A DNA stretch of 64,000 bases, taken from NCBI GenBank assembly GCA_963801355.1, contig CAWDEM010000008.1, positions 1,600,001 through 1,664,000 on the forward strand. The letters are read 5' to 3'. This stretch comes from Ignavibacteriota bacterium. GTDB lineage: Bacteria > Bacteroidota > Ignavibacteria > UBA10030 > UBA6906. Made by a program: the position numbers and the translations under genes. The notes under the pieces were generated by a model. It was not told where the DNA came from and did no database searches. It saw nothing but the letters and a program-made list of their open reading frames with translations. Of the stretch, positions 46,430-56,531 are shown one piece after another; position 1 is the first letter of the stretch, and each line of letters starts with the position of its first letter.

Positions 46430-48243
46430 CGCACACCTCCGATCAACGTCCGGCCGGGCATCGGATAGTCCGCCATGGTCTGGTACGCCTGATTGAACAA
46501 GTTCTCGCCTGAAAGAAACACTGAGATCCCGGGCAATGGTGTGACGGTCACACGCGCCTGAACGACCGGATAGTCAGGCAGGGCCTGTTTCGACCTGTCG
46601 GCACCATACAGTCCGGCAACGTACTGCAGCCCCGCACTTGTCGCATACATCTCCTCAACGTAGGACAGACCAATGTAGAGCTTGTGCCGGGGATTGGCCA
46701 TTGTTTGATCGCCGGGGGCCAGGTAGCCGTATGTAAGATCAGATGCGACCGAGGAAGAAAAGCGGACATTTCCGGAAAGTTCCACCCCGCGGTGTACAAA
46801 CGAACCCGAGTTCCGGAGTTGGAGGTTGGGATAGACTCCTTCCGTCCGTATGATGTTCCGACCTTCCGATTGGAATGCCGAAAACTCCAGAGAGACCCGG
46901 TCGCCGAACGCGTGCAGAAGACCCACCTCGTAGTTCCACATCTGTTCAGGCTCCAGCCCCGGGGTCGGAGCCGGGAAAAGATAGAGTTCACGGATGGTCG
47001 GACTGCGAAAGCCCCGTGAGGCCGTGGCACGGAGCGTCGTCGCATCGTCGGTCCGCCAGGCAACGCCGAATTGCGGCGCAAGAGCACTCCCGTACACGTT
47101 GCTATGGTTCAGACGCAAACCGGCGTTCACCATCACGCTGGAAAAGAGTTCCTGCTGCACCAACCCATAGACACCGTATTCTGACTGGCGGTGTATGCCA
47201 TAATCGAGTCCGGCTCTCGTGTTGTACGCTTCACCGCCGTAGTCCTTGAAGTCCAAACCGAGCGTGACTATTGTTCCCCGGGCCATGGTGATTCCCTGGT
47301 AGAACATCACGCCAATGTTGTTGTCCGTCGAATGGTAGCCGTCATAGATGTCGTGCACACCGTAGTTGTAGAAGGCCTTCAGCGCTCCCCGGACGTTTGC
47401 GTAGCGGTTCTCCAGAGCAAACCCCGAGCTCCCGCGGACGATGTCAACCCAATTGTTGATCCTGGGTGCTGCAGCGGGTCCCGGATCGTATGTGCGGAAT
47501 CCCGAGACGCTGGCATCGGCGCTGAAAACATATTCCGGAGAAAACGCATAGTTGCCGCGCACCGAACCATTGTTGATCTTGAACGAGGAAAACGGACGGT
47601 GCCCGTCAGTAGCGTACCGGCTCCCGCGCACTGCAACGCCACCCTGCTCGCCTCCGAAGGCAATCCCACCCTCCAGCTTAAACGTACCGAAATTGCCTCC
47701 GGCCATGGACGCATTCCCGTCCCAACCCCCGGCTGGTATACGTGAAGAGATAATGTTGATCACGCCTCCCATCGCGTTTGTGCCGTGGAGGAGAGATGCA
47801 GGCCCGCGGATGACCTCGACCCGGTCGACTCCGGCCGTCACGTACGTGTCGGGAAGCGGATGTCCCATCAGCCCCATCAACTGCGGCCGGCCATCGGTGA
47901 GGACGAGTATTCCTGTGTTGGGGCTCCCTCCGGTTCCCCGGATGGAAATACCCCCGGCAGCCCCGGTCGAGACGCCGTACCCCAGCACCCCCCGCTCGGT
48001 GACAAAGATCCCGGGGACCACTGTATTCAATACCGCGAGCATCGATGTTTCCCCGCTCCGGCGTATATCTTCCCGGCTCACGATGGACACGGCGTTCGGA
48101 ACGGTGCTCCTGAGCACTTCGATGTTCGTGCCGGTAATGACCACCGGATCAAGAACGAAGGTGCGAGCAGTATCGCGTTCAGCCTGCCCCAGTACGCAGA
48201 CGGGGAGCAACAGAGACACCATGATGGAAGAGAATGCTCTCAT
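46414..48243 (-). CDS. TonB-dependent receptor (BtuB-like size)
   Basis: LDPVVITGT TonB-box region; ISIRG...LVLTDGRP, RVEVIRGPASLLHG..AMGGVINI, RGFRSPT and GENLFN motifs. Confidence 0.9.
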   Translation of the reverse strand: MRAFSSIMVSLLLPVCVLGQAERDTARTFVLDPVVITGTNIEVLRSTVPNAVSIVSREDIRRSGETSMLAVLNTVVPGIFVTERGVLGYGVSTGAAGGISIRGTGGSPNTGILVLTDGRPQLMGLMGHPLPDTYVTAGVDRVEVIRGPASLLHGTNAMGGVINIISSRIPAGGWDGNASMAGGNFGTFKLEGGIAFGGEQGGVAVRGSRYATDGHRPFSSFKINNGSVRGNYAFSPEYVFSADASVSGFRTYDPGPAAAPRINNWVDIVRGSSGFALENRYANVRGALKAFYNYGVHDIYDGYHSTDNNIGVMFYQGITMARGTIVTLGLDFKDYGGEAYNTRAGLDYGIHRQSEYGVYGLVQQELFSSVMVNAGLRLNHSNVYGSALAPQFGVAWRTDDATTLRATASRGFRSPTIRELYLFPAPTPGLEPEQMWNYEVGLLHAFGDRVSLEFSAFQSEGRNIIRTEGVYPNLQLRNSGSFVHRGVELSGNVRFSSSVASDLTYGYLAPGDQTMANPRHKLYIGLSYVEEMYATSAGLQYVAGLYGADRSKQALPDYPVVQARVTVTPLPGISVFLSGENLFNQAYQTMADYPMPGRTLIGGVRWEMH

Positions 48244-48251
48244 TTTCCCCT

Positions 48252-48674
48252 TCAGGCAATATCGTGAACCGACGTCAGCGAGATATTGCTGTGCTTGACC
48301 CCCTTGAAACTCGCCAGCGCCGCCGCAAGCGAACGCACGGCTCTCACCGGTCCACGGAGCAGAATCACTTCCAGGCAATTGTCGTGATCGAGGTGGACGT
48401 GGGTTGTGGTGATAATCTGATGATGCGCGTGATGCTGCACATCGGTCAGCTTTTCCTCCAGATCCCTTTGATGGTGGTTGTACACAAGCGTCAGGACCCC
48501 GAACGCGTCTGCATCCGGATCCTGGATGCGTTCTTCCACCAATCGTGCGCGCATCAGGTCGCGGAACGCCTCAGAGCGCGTGCCGTATCCCGCATGATCG
48601 ATGAATGTGTCGAATTTGCGCAATAGATCGGCATCGATCGAGACGCCGAAACGGACCAGACGGTGAGAAGGCAT
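48252..48674 (-). CDS. nikR: Nickel-responsive regulator NikR
   Basis: RHH domain RFGVSID...RSEAFRDL; metal-binding domain LVYNHH...QHH...HVHLDHDNCLEVI. Confidence 0.95.
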   Translation of the reverse strand: MPSHRLVRFGVSIDADLLRKFDTFIDHAGYGTRSEAFRDLMRARLVEERIQDPDADAFGVLTLVYNHHQRDLEEKLTDVQHHAHHQIITTTHVHLDHDNCLEVILLRGPVRAVRSLAAALASFKGVKHSNISLTSVHDIA

Positions 48675-48721
48675 AGTAGCACTTTTTCTTTAAAAGTAGC
48701 ACGATAAACACTGAAAATCAA
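48675..48721 (-). promoter_or_regulatory. nikR operon promoter with candidate NikR operator GTGCTAC-N13-GTGCTAC
   Basis: TTGATT (48721-48716), a 17-bp spacer, then TACTTT (48698-48693) with an extended TG. GTGCTACT direct repeats lie at 48702-48695 and 48682-48675, the latter abutting the ATG. Confidence 0.72.
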
Positions 48722-48782
48722 GAACACATCAGTGGCATCTTTCATCCCGGGATGCTATTTTGCCATGTACTACGGGGCTGTT

Positions 48783-50723
48783 ATGATGAAACGATGGATG
48801 GTCTCTACCGTACTCCCGGCCTGTGCGCTGCTCCTGGCTTCCTGCAGCGGATCGACGACGTGGCTCGATGACGAGCAGCTCCGCACGGCTCTCCGAGAAA
48901 CCGCATCCGCCGGCGTGCAGAACCCCGACGCCGGAGCCCAGGTCCTGCTGGACGAAGGATCGATGGAAATCAACAGCGGAGGCGAAATCGCGCTCAGCAT
49001 GTTCGAGCGACACCGCATCGTCCGCATACTGAAGCCCCGCGGCCAACGTTTTGCCAATATTATCATCCCCTACGGATCCACGTCGATCGTCCATGGCATT
49101 CAGGCCCGCACAATTGAGCCGGGCGGGCGCATCGTCCCATTGCAGGACACGGATATTTTCGACGTCAGTCTCTATCCGAATTTTGTGTTCTTCTCCGACC
49201 AACGGGCAAAAATCTTCACGTTGCCCGCCATCGAGGACGGCGCCATCATCGAGTACCGGTATCGCGTCGCAATCAAAGGCCGGACATTCTGGCATTCCTG
49301 GACTTTCCAGGACGACGCACCGGTAGCCCTGTCGCGGTTCACGCTGGTGAAACCGGGTGACTGGGACGTCGTCTTCAGGTCGTATGGCACGCCGATCGTC
49401 CCTGCAGTGACAACAGCACCTGCAGGATTCAGATCCACGCACGTATGGGAGGCCCGCAATTTGCCTCCGCTCCGGAGCGAGTTCGGCATGCCCCCCAGCC
49501 AGGAGGTCGCCACGCGTATTGCTCTTGCTCCCGTGGGCTTCAAGACCTGGGAGGATGTCGCACACTGGTATGCGGACATCGTCGGCAAACATAACGTCGG
49601 GGGAGCTGAAGTCGAAGCGATGGCCGAAAGTCTGGCGCGCACGGCAGACTCCGACATTGATCGGCTCCGTCGCTTGTTCGAATGGGTGCGTGACCAGGTG
49701 CGGTACGTGGCCATCGAGGTCGGTGTCGGTGGTTATGAACCACACAACGCCGACGAAGTCTTCGCAAAGCGCTACGGCGATTGCAAGGATCTGGTGATGC
49801 TCCTGAGCGCGATGGCCCGTGCGGTGAAGATCGACGTGCGGCCTGTACTGATCAGCACGTGGCACAACGGCAGGGCTGACACACTTCTGCCGTCGGCACT
49901 GCAATTCAATCACCTCATCGGCTATGCGCCTGACGTCGCGCCGGGGGGAATCTGGCTTGACGCGACTGACAAAGCCGGACCATTTGGCTCGCTCCCCTGG
50001 TACGATCAGGGGATGCCGGTGATTGTCGCCGGCCCGGCGGACAGAGGTTTCCGTGCAGTCACACCTCGGGTTGCCGCCTCAGCCAACGCCACCGCCGTGG
50101 ACTGGACGGTGGAACTCGACGCCAATGGCTCCGCCCTGGTCAAGGGAACAACAGTGTTCACAGGAGCATCCGCACTGGGGCTGCGGAACGACCTGCGAGT
50201 CGCGGACACGTCGGACGTACGCCAGTGGCTCGGGACGTCATTGGCCCGCCGGTGTCCGGGTGCCACACTCGTGAGCTACATTCCCCCTTCGGTGCGTCCT
50301 CCTCGTGACACGTTGGTGGTGTCCTACACGTTCCGCGCCCCGTCATTTGGCGTGCGACGCGAGTCATTGCTCGTCATCCGTCCCTGGGCCTTCAACGCGT
50401 CATCGCTGGCAGACTACTTCCGCGAACAGCAGCGCACATACCCTGTGCGCTTTGAGTACCCTTCGGAGTCCTCGCTCCGGCTCACCATCTGGGCTCCGCT
50501 CGGGTGGCGGCATCAAACACAATCTTCCGCAGATTCGCTCCTGGCTCCATGCGGCAGAGGCGAGTGGCGCATGACCGCGCAACCGGATTCCGCGTGGCTC
50601 TCCATGAAAGTGAATTTACAGGGAGAAGATCTGATGCCGGCGGAATACCCGGCATTCAGGAATTTCCTGGATGGTGTGCGGATGAGAGAAGGGGCGGAAA
50701 TAACGCTGTCAAGGAGAGAGTAG
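48783..50723 (+). CDS. DUF3857 + transglutaminase-like domain lipoprotein
   Basis: Lipobox LLASC; WVRDQVRYVAIE, GDCKD, FNHLI and WLDAT motifs (Cys-His-Asp triad). Confidence 0.85.
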   Translation: MMKRWMVSTVLPACALLLASCSGSTTWLDDEQLRTALRETASAGVQNPDAGAQVLLDEGSMEINSGGEIALSMFERHRIVRILKPRGQRFANIIIPYGSTSIVHGIQARTIEPGGRIVPLQDTDIFDVSLYPNFVFFSDQRAKIFTLPAIEDGAIIEYRYRVAIKGRTFWHSWTFQDDAPVALSRFTLVKPGDWDVVFRSYGTPIVPAVTTAPAGFRSTHVWEARNLPPLRSEFGMPPSQEVATRIALAPVGFKTWEDVAHWYADIVGKHNVGGAEVEAMAESLARTADSDIDRLRRLFEWVRDQVRYVAIEVGVGGYEPHNADEVFAKRYGDCKDLVMLLSAMARAVKIDVRPVLISTWHNGRADTLLPSALQFNHLIGYAPDVAPGGIWLDATDKAGPFGSLPWYDQGMPVIVAGPADRGFRAVTPRVAASANATAVDWTVELDANGSALVKGTTVFTGASALGLRNDLRVADTSDVRQWLGTSLARRCPGATLVSYIPPSVRPPRDTLVVSYTFRAPSFGVRRESLLVIRPWAFNASSLADYFREQQRTYPVRFEYPSESSLRLTIWAPLGWRHQTQSSADSLLAPCGRGEWRMTAQPDSAWLSMKVNLQGEDLMPAEYPAFRNFLDGVRMREGAEITLSRRE

Positions 50724-50758
50724 TCACCGGGTCAACCCGGGCGGAATCGATACCGGTA

Positions 50759-52075
50759 TCACCGCGCGGTTCGTTCCTTCACCGCGTTCAGCGACTCCCG
50801 CACAGCTTCAATGGTCCTGTCGATATCCTCATCACTATGTGCCGCGGAGATGAACGCCGCTTCGAATTGTGAGGGTGCCAGGTAGACACCCCGGCTGAGC
50901 ATTTCGCGGAAAAACGCTCCGAACTGTTCACGGTCCGCCACCGCCGCCGATGTGTAGTCGCGCACCGGATGACGGGAGAAAAAGAGCGTGAACATGGAAC
51001 CCACACGGTTCTGACGGATCGGCAGCCAGAGATCGTCGATGACCCGCTGAATCCCCGCACTCAAACGGCCGGCTTTTTTATCGAGCGCGGTGTAGAAGTC
51101 CGCATCCTCACTAATGATGGAGAGCGTTTCCAGCCCTGCGGCCATTGCCAGGGGATTGCCCGATAACGTGCCCGCCTGGTACATTGGCCCCGAAGGCGCC
51201 ACCATCTCCATGATTCTTCGTTTCCCGCCGTAGGCCCCGACCGGGAGGCCCCCCCCGATAATCTTTCCGAGCGTGGTAAGATCCGGATCGATGCCGTACA
51301 GCTCCTGCGCGCCGCCCCGGGCCACCCGGAATCCCGTCATCACTTCGTCGAAAATCAGCACTGCACCGTTTTCCGTGCAGAGGTCCTTCACATCCTGCAG
51401 AAAACCCGGCTCCGGCGGCACGCATCCCATGTTTCCCGCCACCGGTTCGACGATCACTGCGGCAATCTCACCTTTGCAGGACGCGAAGTGGTGGCGAACC
51501 GACGCGGAGTCGTTGAAACCCGCAGTCAATGTCCCCGCCGCCGTTCCCGCCGGCACCCCCGGACTGTCGGGCACGCTCAGGGTCATTGCACCGGATCCGG
51601 CCTTGATCAAGAATGAGTCAGCATGCCCGTGGTAGCATCCTTCGAACTTGATGATTTTCTCCCTGCGGGTGTACGCGCGCGCAAGCCGGATGGCGCTCAT
51701 GGTTGCCTCGGTGCCCGAATTCACCATGCGCACCATTTCGATCGACGGCACGATCTTCGTGATCATTTCCGCCATGCGCACTTCGAGAGCGGTCGGTGCT
51801 CCAAAACTCGTGCCGTCCAGCGCGGTCCTCCTGATCGCCTCAACAACACGCGGATGAGCGTGGCCGAGGATCATCGGCCCCCACGATCCGACGTAGTCGA
51901 TGTAGGAATGTCCGTCAACGTCCAGGAGCCACGACCCTGAGGCCCGCGTGATAAACAACGGTGTGCGGCCCACGGATCTGAAGGCCCGCACCGGTGAGTT
52001 GACCCCGCCGGGGATGAGCTTTTGCGCTTCCCCGAACAGCGCGTCGGAATTCGGTGTCAGGAACATGCCGTGCAT
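50759..52075 (-). CDS. hemL: Glutamate-1-semialdehyde 2,1-aminomutase
   Basis: [44 protein letters not shown] and [15 protein letters not shown] motifs. Confidence 0.96.
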   Translation of the reverse strand: MHGMFLTPNSDALFGEAQKLIPGGVNSPVRAFRSVGRTPLFITRASGSWLLDVDGHSYIDYVGSWGPMILGHAHPRVVEAIRRTALDGTSFGAPTALEVRMAEMITKIVPSIEMVRMVNSGTEATMSAIRLARAYTRREKIIKFEGCYHGHADSFLIKAGSGAMTLSVPDSPGVPAGTAAGTLTAGFNDSASVRHHFASCKGEIAAVIVEPVAGNMGCVPPEPGFLQDVKDLCTENGAVLIFDEVMTGFRVARGGAQELYGIDPDLTTLGKIIGGGLPVGAYGGKRRIMEMVAPSGPMYQAGTLSGNPLAMAAGLETLSIISEDADFYTALDKKAGRLSAGIQRVIDDLWLPIRQNRVGSMFTLFFSRHPVRDYTSAAVADREQFGAFFREMLSRGVYLAPSQFEAAFISAAHSDEDIDRTIEAVRESLNAVKERTAR

Positions 52076-52082
52076 CGGTCCT

Positions 52083-53078
52083 TCAGTGTTGTGCATCGAG
52101 TATGCGGGCCGCTTCTTTCGCAAAGTACGTCAGGATGATATCCGCCCCGGCCCGTTTGATGCTGGTGAGCATCTCCATCATGACGCGATCCCCATCCACC
52201 CATCCCATTGTTGCCGCCGCCTTGAGCAGGGAATATTCGCCGCTGACGTTGTAGGCCGCGGTGGGCATGCCGAAACGCTCCTTCACTCTATAAATGACAT
52301 CCAGATACGACAGGGCGGGTTTGACCATGACGATGTCCGCGCCTTCTTCGATATCCTGCGCGACTTCACGCAGGGCTTCGTCGCTGTTCGCGGGATCCAT
52401 TTGATGGGAACGCCTGTCCCCGAATTTCGGCGTGCTCTCGGCTGCCTCCCTGAACGGACCATAGAACCCCGACGCGTACTTGGCCGCATACGACATGATG
52501 GGGAGCAGTGAGAACCCGTTGGCATCCAGTACTCTTCGAATGGCCCCCACACGTCCGTCGAACATATCCGACGGCGCCACCATGTCAGCACCCGCCCGCG
52601 CGTGGCTCAAGGCCTCTCTGGTCAACAACTCCACCGATTCGTCGTTGACGATTTCCACTCCCCGCACGATGCCGCAGTGGCCGTGCGATGTGTATTCGCA
52701 GAGGCAGACATCGGTGATCAGATAGAGACCGGGGACCTGGTGTTTCACCGCACGCAACGCCTGTTGGACGATCCCATTGTCGTCATACGCACCCGAGCCG
52801 ACTTCATCCTTATGCTCCGGGATGCCGAAAAAAATCACGGCGGGGATGCCCATCTCATGCACATCCCGGCATTCCCGGACAATCTGGTCAACGGACATCT
52901 GGAAGACACCCGGCATCGCGCCGATTTCCTTCTTGACATTCGTCCCCGGCACAACGAAAAGCGGATAGATGAAATCCTTTTTCGAAAGCTCCGTTTCACG
53001 CACCATGGAGCGAAGGGTTTCCTGCATGCGCGTGCGCCGCAAGCGGCTGACCGGATACTGACCACCGTGTGAAGTCAT
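52083..53078 (-). CDS. hemB: Porphobilinogen synthase (Zn-type)
   Basis: [31 protein letters not shown] and MVKPA motifs. Confidence 0.96.
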   Translation of the reverse strand: MTSHGGQYPVSRLRRTRMQETLRSMVRETELSKKDFIYPLFVVPGTNVKKEIGAMPGVFQMSVDQIVRECRDVHEMGIPAVIFFGIPEHKDEVGSGAYDDNGIVQQALRAVKHQVPGLYLITDVCLCEYTSHGHCGIVRGVEIVNDESVELLTREALSHARAGADMVAPSDMFDGRVGAIRRVLDANGFSLLPIMSYAAKYASGFYGPFREAAESTPKFGDRRSHQMDPANSDEALREVAQDIEEGADIVMVKPALSYLDVIYRVKERFGMPTAAYNVSGEYSLLKAAATMGWVDGDRVMMEMLTSIKRAGADIILTYFAKEAARILDAQH

Positions 53079-54472
53079 GACTTCCTCGTGAATGTACTGC
53101 GCTCTGTGAGTGCGGAAATACGCTCGGCGGTCTTCTTGCCGTTCATGACGCAATCGCCGACCGCGATCCCGCCCCGATAGTTGCTGCAGATGAAGAGACC
53201 CCGTCTGTCCCGCTCGAGCTGCTCGATGGCATCGATCACCCGCTGGTATCCGACGTTGTACTGCGGGATCGCCCTGTCCCAGCGGTAGATCCGCGAGAAG
53301 ACCGGCTCACCGGAGACGTTCATGATCGCACCAAGCTCTTTAAGTACGATGTTCTGCAGTTCCGTATCGTCCGCTTCCAGGACTTCCGGCTGACGGGAGC
53401 CGCCGACGAATGTCGTGAGGGCGATATGTCCCGCAGGCGCACGCCCGGGGAAGATGACCGATGACCATATCGTGCCGAGGATCTTCCGTTTCTCCCTGGC
53501 CGGAATGAGGTAACCGAACCCATCAAGAGAACACCCGCATTGGTCACGCCGGAACCCGAGATGAACCTCTGCAACGGGAGGATAGTACACGTTGCCCAGC
53601 ATCGTCGAGAGTTCAGGAGCCAGAGGCCGGAGAAGATCAGCAGCGGCGTACGCCGGCACTCCCACAACGACTGCATCACCTTCCAGGATTTCTCCACCGG
53701 TCGTGCGTACCAGGAAGCGGCTCCCCGCCGAATCGGCGGATGCGTGGTGTTCAATGCTCTTCACCTCCATCCTGTAGCGGACCCGTTCGCCAAGGCCCCT
53801 GGCGATTGCTTCCGGAAAGGTCTGCATCCCCATAGCAAACGAAAACATGCGTGCCCGGTCTTTCGCCACCTCGGCCCTCTGTTTCCGCTCGCGTGCACCC
53901 TTCATCATCCCTTTGATCAGCCCCCCGTATTTCTCTTCCAGCGCGTACAGTTTAGGGAATGCCGCCCGGACACTCAGCTCCTCCGGATTTCCGGCGAACA
54001 CACCGGCAACAAAGGGATTGATGCCATAGTCAAGAATTTCCCTCCCCAGGCGCCGCTCGACGAACTCCGCAATGGTCTCTTCCTTCGTTCCCCTCCCGAT
54101 CAGCGGTTCCTTCAGGAGCCGCAATTTGCCGGATGTAGACCAGAGGCGTGTCGAGAGGAACGCACCCGGACTCATAGGAATCGGGTGCAACGCCCCGTCG
54201 CGGAGAACATAGCGCTTGTTCGATTCGTCATTGGCGTACCGCCTCTCCGCTTCGATCCCCAGCTCACTGAACATCTCCTTGAAAATCGGGGTTGTCTCCA
54301 GTGCGCTGTTCGGTCCGGTCTCAACAAGCCAGCCGCCCTCCAGTACCGTCCGCATTGTGCCGCCGGGCACCGGTGCCGCTTCCAGCACGGTGACATCCCA
54401 TCCCGCGCGCTGCGCCCAGAAGGCTGCTGTGAGGCCCGAAATCCCCGCCCCGATGATGATGACATGGCTCAT
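53075..54472 (-). CDS. hemY: HemY-type proto/coproporphyrinogen oxidase
   Basis: IIGAGISGL, ETGPNS, GFGYLIP, LGTIWSS..FPGRAP and AIPQY motifs. Confidence 0.9.
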   Translation of the reverse strand: MSHVIIIGAGISGLTAAFWAQRAGWDVTVLEAAPVPGGTMRTVLEGGWLVETGPNSALETTPIFKEMFSELGIEAERRYANDESNKRYVLRDGALHPIPMSPGAFLSTRLWSTSGKLRLLKEPLIGRGTKEETIAEFVERRLGREILDYGINPFVAGVFAGNPEELSVRAAFPKLYALEEKYGGLIKGMMKGARERKQRAEVAKDRARMFSFAMGMQTFPEAIARGLGERVRYRMEVKSIEHHASADSAGSRFLVRTTGGEILEGDAVVVGVPAYAAADLLRPLAPELSTMLGNVYYPPVAEVHLGFRRDQCGCSLDGFGYLIPAREKRKILGTIWSSVIFPGRAPAGHIALTTFVGGSRQPEVLEADDTELQNIVLKELGAIMNVSGEPVFSRIYRWDRAIPQYNVGYQRVIDAIEQLERDRRGLFICSNYRGGIAVGDCVMNGKKTAERISALTERSTFTRKS

Positions 54473-55476
54473 GATGCGTTCCTGAGTGTCCGCATGACAA
54501 GATCGGCCAGTGCTTCGATGAAGAGCGGGCTGGCGTTGATTGCAGGACTCATATCGTAGTGCATGATGCCCTGCTGCCTGGCATGCAGGCGCACTTCATG
54601 GTTGATTTCCCAGAGCGTCTCGCTATGATCGGACACAAACGCGACCGGGATGACCAGTACATGAGAGACGCGCTCCGCGGCAAGACGATCGATCGTCTGC
54701 ACCAGCGAAGGTTCAAGCCACTTCTGCGGGCCCACCTTGCTCTGGTAGCAGAGGTGGGCCGGAAGATCGAAAGCTCCTGCATGCAGCACCGCGTTGTATG
54801 TGCGGATGATCTGGGCCTGATAGGGATCCCCTGCCCGGACCAGTTTTATCGGCGTCCCGTGGGCGCTGAACACCAGATGGACTTTCCCCCTGTCAGCAGC
54901 GCTGACCCGACGCAGGGCGATCTGGATATTCCGAACAACGGCGGCGACGTACGATGGATGATCGCAATACTCTTCAACCAGGTGAATCCGCGGCGCGTAG
55001 CCAAGTCGTGCGCATACACGCCGCCACTCATTGACGCTCGAACCGGTGGTGCTGCGGGAGAACTGGGGGAAGAGAGGGAGGAGCACGACCTGTTCGATCT
55101 TCTCCTCCTGAAGCCTTCGCACAGCTTCTTCAGTCAGAGGATGCCAGTAGCGCATGGCAATGACAACCCGGGCATCACCATGGCCGTGCAGCGCCTTTTC
55201 AAGCGCCTGCGCCTGCCTGCGTGTAAGCCGGAGGATGGGCGACCTTCCACCCATGTATCTGTAGTACTTCTGCACCTTCGGTGCGCGCGAACGCGAGATC
55301 TTGCGGGCAAGTGCCTTGCGGAACAGGAACGCAAGCGGGAGATCGATTATGTCGGGATCGCAAAACAGATTGTAGATGAACGGCTCCACCGAACCGAGAG
55401 AATCCGGCCCACCAAGCTGCAGGAGCACGATCGCAGTGCGCAGGTCTCCCTGCCGTGTGCTGCCCTGCTCAGACAT
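54469..55476 (-). CDS. hemH: Ferrochelatase
   Basis: LLQLGGP, GGRSP, MRYWHP, FSAHG, GDPY, YQSKVGP..WLEP and FVSDHSETL motifs. Confidence 0.95.
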   Translation of the reverse strand: MSEQGSTRQGDLRTAIVLLQLGGPDSLGSVEPFIYNLFCDPDIIDLPLAFLFRKALARKISRSRAPKVQKYYRYMGGRSPILRLTRRQAQALEKALHGHGDARVVIAMRYWHPLTEEAVRRLQEEKIEQVVLLPLFPQFSRSTTGSSVNEWRRVCARLGYAPRIHLVEEYCDHPSYVAAVVRNIQIALRRVSAADRGKVHLVFSAHGTPIKLVRAGDPYQAQIIRTYNAVLHAGAFDLPAHLCYQSKVGPQKWLEPSLVQTIDRLAAERVSHVLVIPVAFVSDHSETLWEINHEVRLHARQQGIMHYDMSPAINASPLFIEALADLVMRTLRNAS

Positions 55477-56509
55477 GGTACACCCCGCTTTCCTCCTTCA
55501 CCGCACGGACCAGGGCGCGGGCATTCTCTACGGGGACATCGGGGAGAATCCCGTGACCCAGATTGAACACGTGCCCGCTTCCGCGTCCGAACTTCCGGAG
55601 GATGGATGCCACCTCCCTGCGGATGCAGTCGGGTGATGCGTACAAAAACGACGGGTCAAAGTTGCCCTGGAGGGCAACCTGTTCGCCGATCAACTCCCGT
55701 ACGTCGTGGATGTCAACCGTCCAGTCGAGCCCCACAACATCGGCCCCGATCCCGGCCAATTCTTTCAAGGCGTAGTGCGCGCCTTTGGAGAAGACAATCA
55801 CGGGAACACCGTCGTGCCGCATCGTCGCGACAATATCCGCAAGGTAGTCAAGGGAGAATTTCCGGTAGTACTCCGGCGCGAGGATGCCTCCCCAGGTGTC
55901 GAATATCTGCACCGCTTCTGCCCCGGCGGCAATCTGCGCTTCGAGGTATTCCCGCACAGCAAGTGCCAGCTTCTTGAGCAGTGCCTTGAGCGTGTCCGGT
56001 TCGTCCAGCATCATCCGCTTGATGAAGCGAAAATCCTTTGTGCCGCCGCCTTCCACCATGTACGCGGCGAGCGTCCACGGCGCTCCCGAGAACCCGATGA
56101 GCGGCACACGGCCGCCGAGGCGGCGCTTGCTCACCTCGATTGCTTCCATGACATATTTCAGATGCTGTTGAGGATCCGGAATGCGAAGGGCATCGATCTG
56201 CCCGCGCGAGCGAAGAGGCTCGGGAAACCGTGGCCCTTGTGATTCTTCCATGACCAGCTTCATCCCCATGGCATCCGGGACGACAAGGATGTCGGAAAAT
56301 ATGATCGCGGCATCCACACCGACAATATCCACGGGCTGGAGAGTCACCTCCGCGGCAAGTTCAGGAGTCCGGACCATGGTCAGAAAATCCGTCTTTGACC
56401 GGACGGCGCGATACTCGGGAAGATAGCGGCCCGCCTGCCGCATCATCCAGACCGGCGTGCGTTCACACCGCTGGCGCTTGCATGCACGGAGGAAGAGATC
56501 ATTCATCAT
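55469..56509 (-). CDS. hemE: Uroporphyrinogen decarboxylase
   Basis: PVWMMRQAGRYLPEY, DAAIIFSDIL, QGNFDP and FNLGHG motifs. Confidence 0.96.
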   Translation of the reverse strand: MMNDLFLRACKRQRCERTPVWMMRQAGRYLPEYRAVRSKTDFLTMVRTPELAAEVTLQPVDIVGVDAAIIFSDILVVPDAMGMKLVMEESQGPRFPEPLRSRGQIDALRIPDPQQHLKYVMEAIEVSKRRLGGRVPLIGFSGAPWTLAAYMVEGGGTKDFRFIKRMMLDEPDTLKALLKKLALAVREYLEAQIAAGAEAVQIFDTWGGILAPEYYRKFSLDYLADIVATMRHDGVPVIVFSKGAHYALKELAGIGADVVGLDWTVDIHDVRELIGEQVALQGNFDPSFLYASPDCIRREVASILRKFGRGSGHVFNLGHGILPDVPVENARALVRAVKEESGVYHV

Positions 56510-56531
56510 AGACAGATTCGTATGTGTATAC

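Noticed and set aside
46414-48243. btuB under a cobalamin riboswitch
   Set aside because: Only 8 bp separate it from nikR, and the operon leader is too short for a riboswitch. NikR control is better supported.
50727-50760. Small hairpin CCGGGT-CA-ACCCGG and palindrome GATACCGGTATC between convergent genes
   Set aside because: They are short and lack U-tracts, so they cannot be distinguished from chance or a weak terminator.
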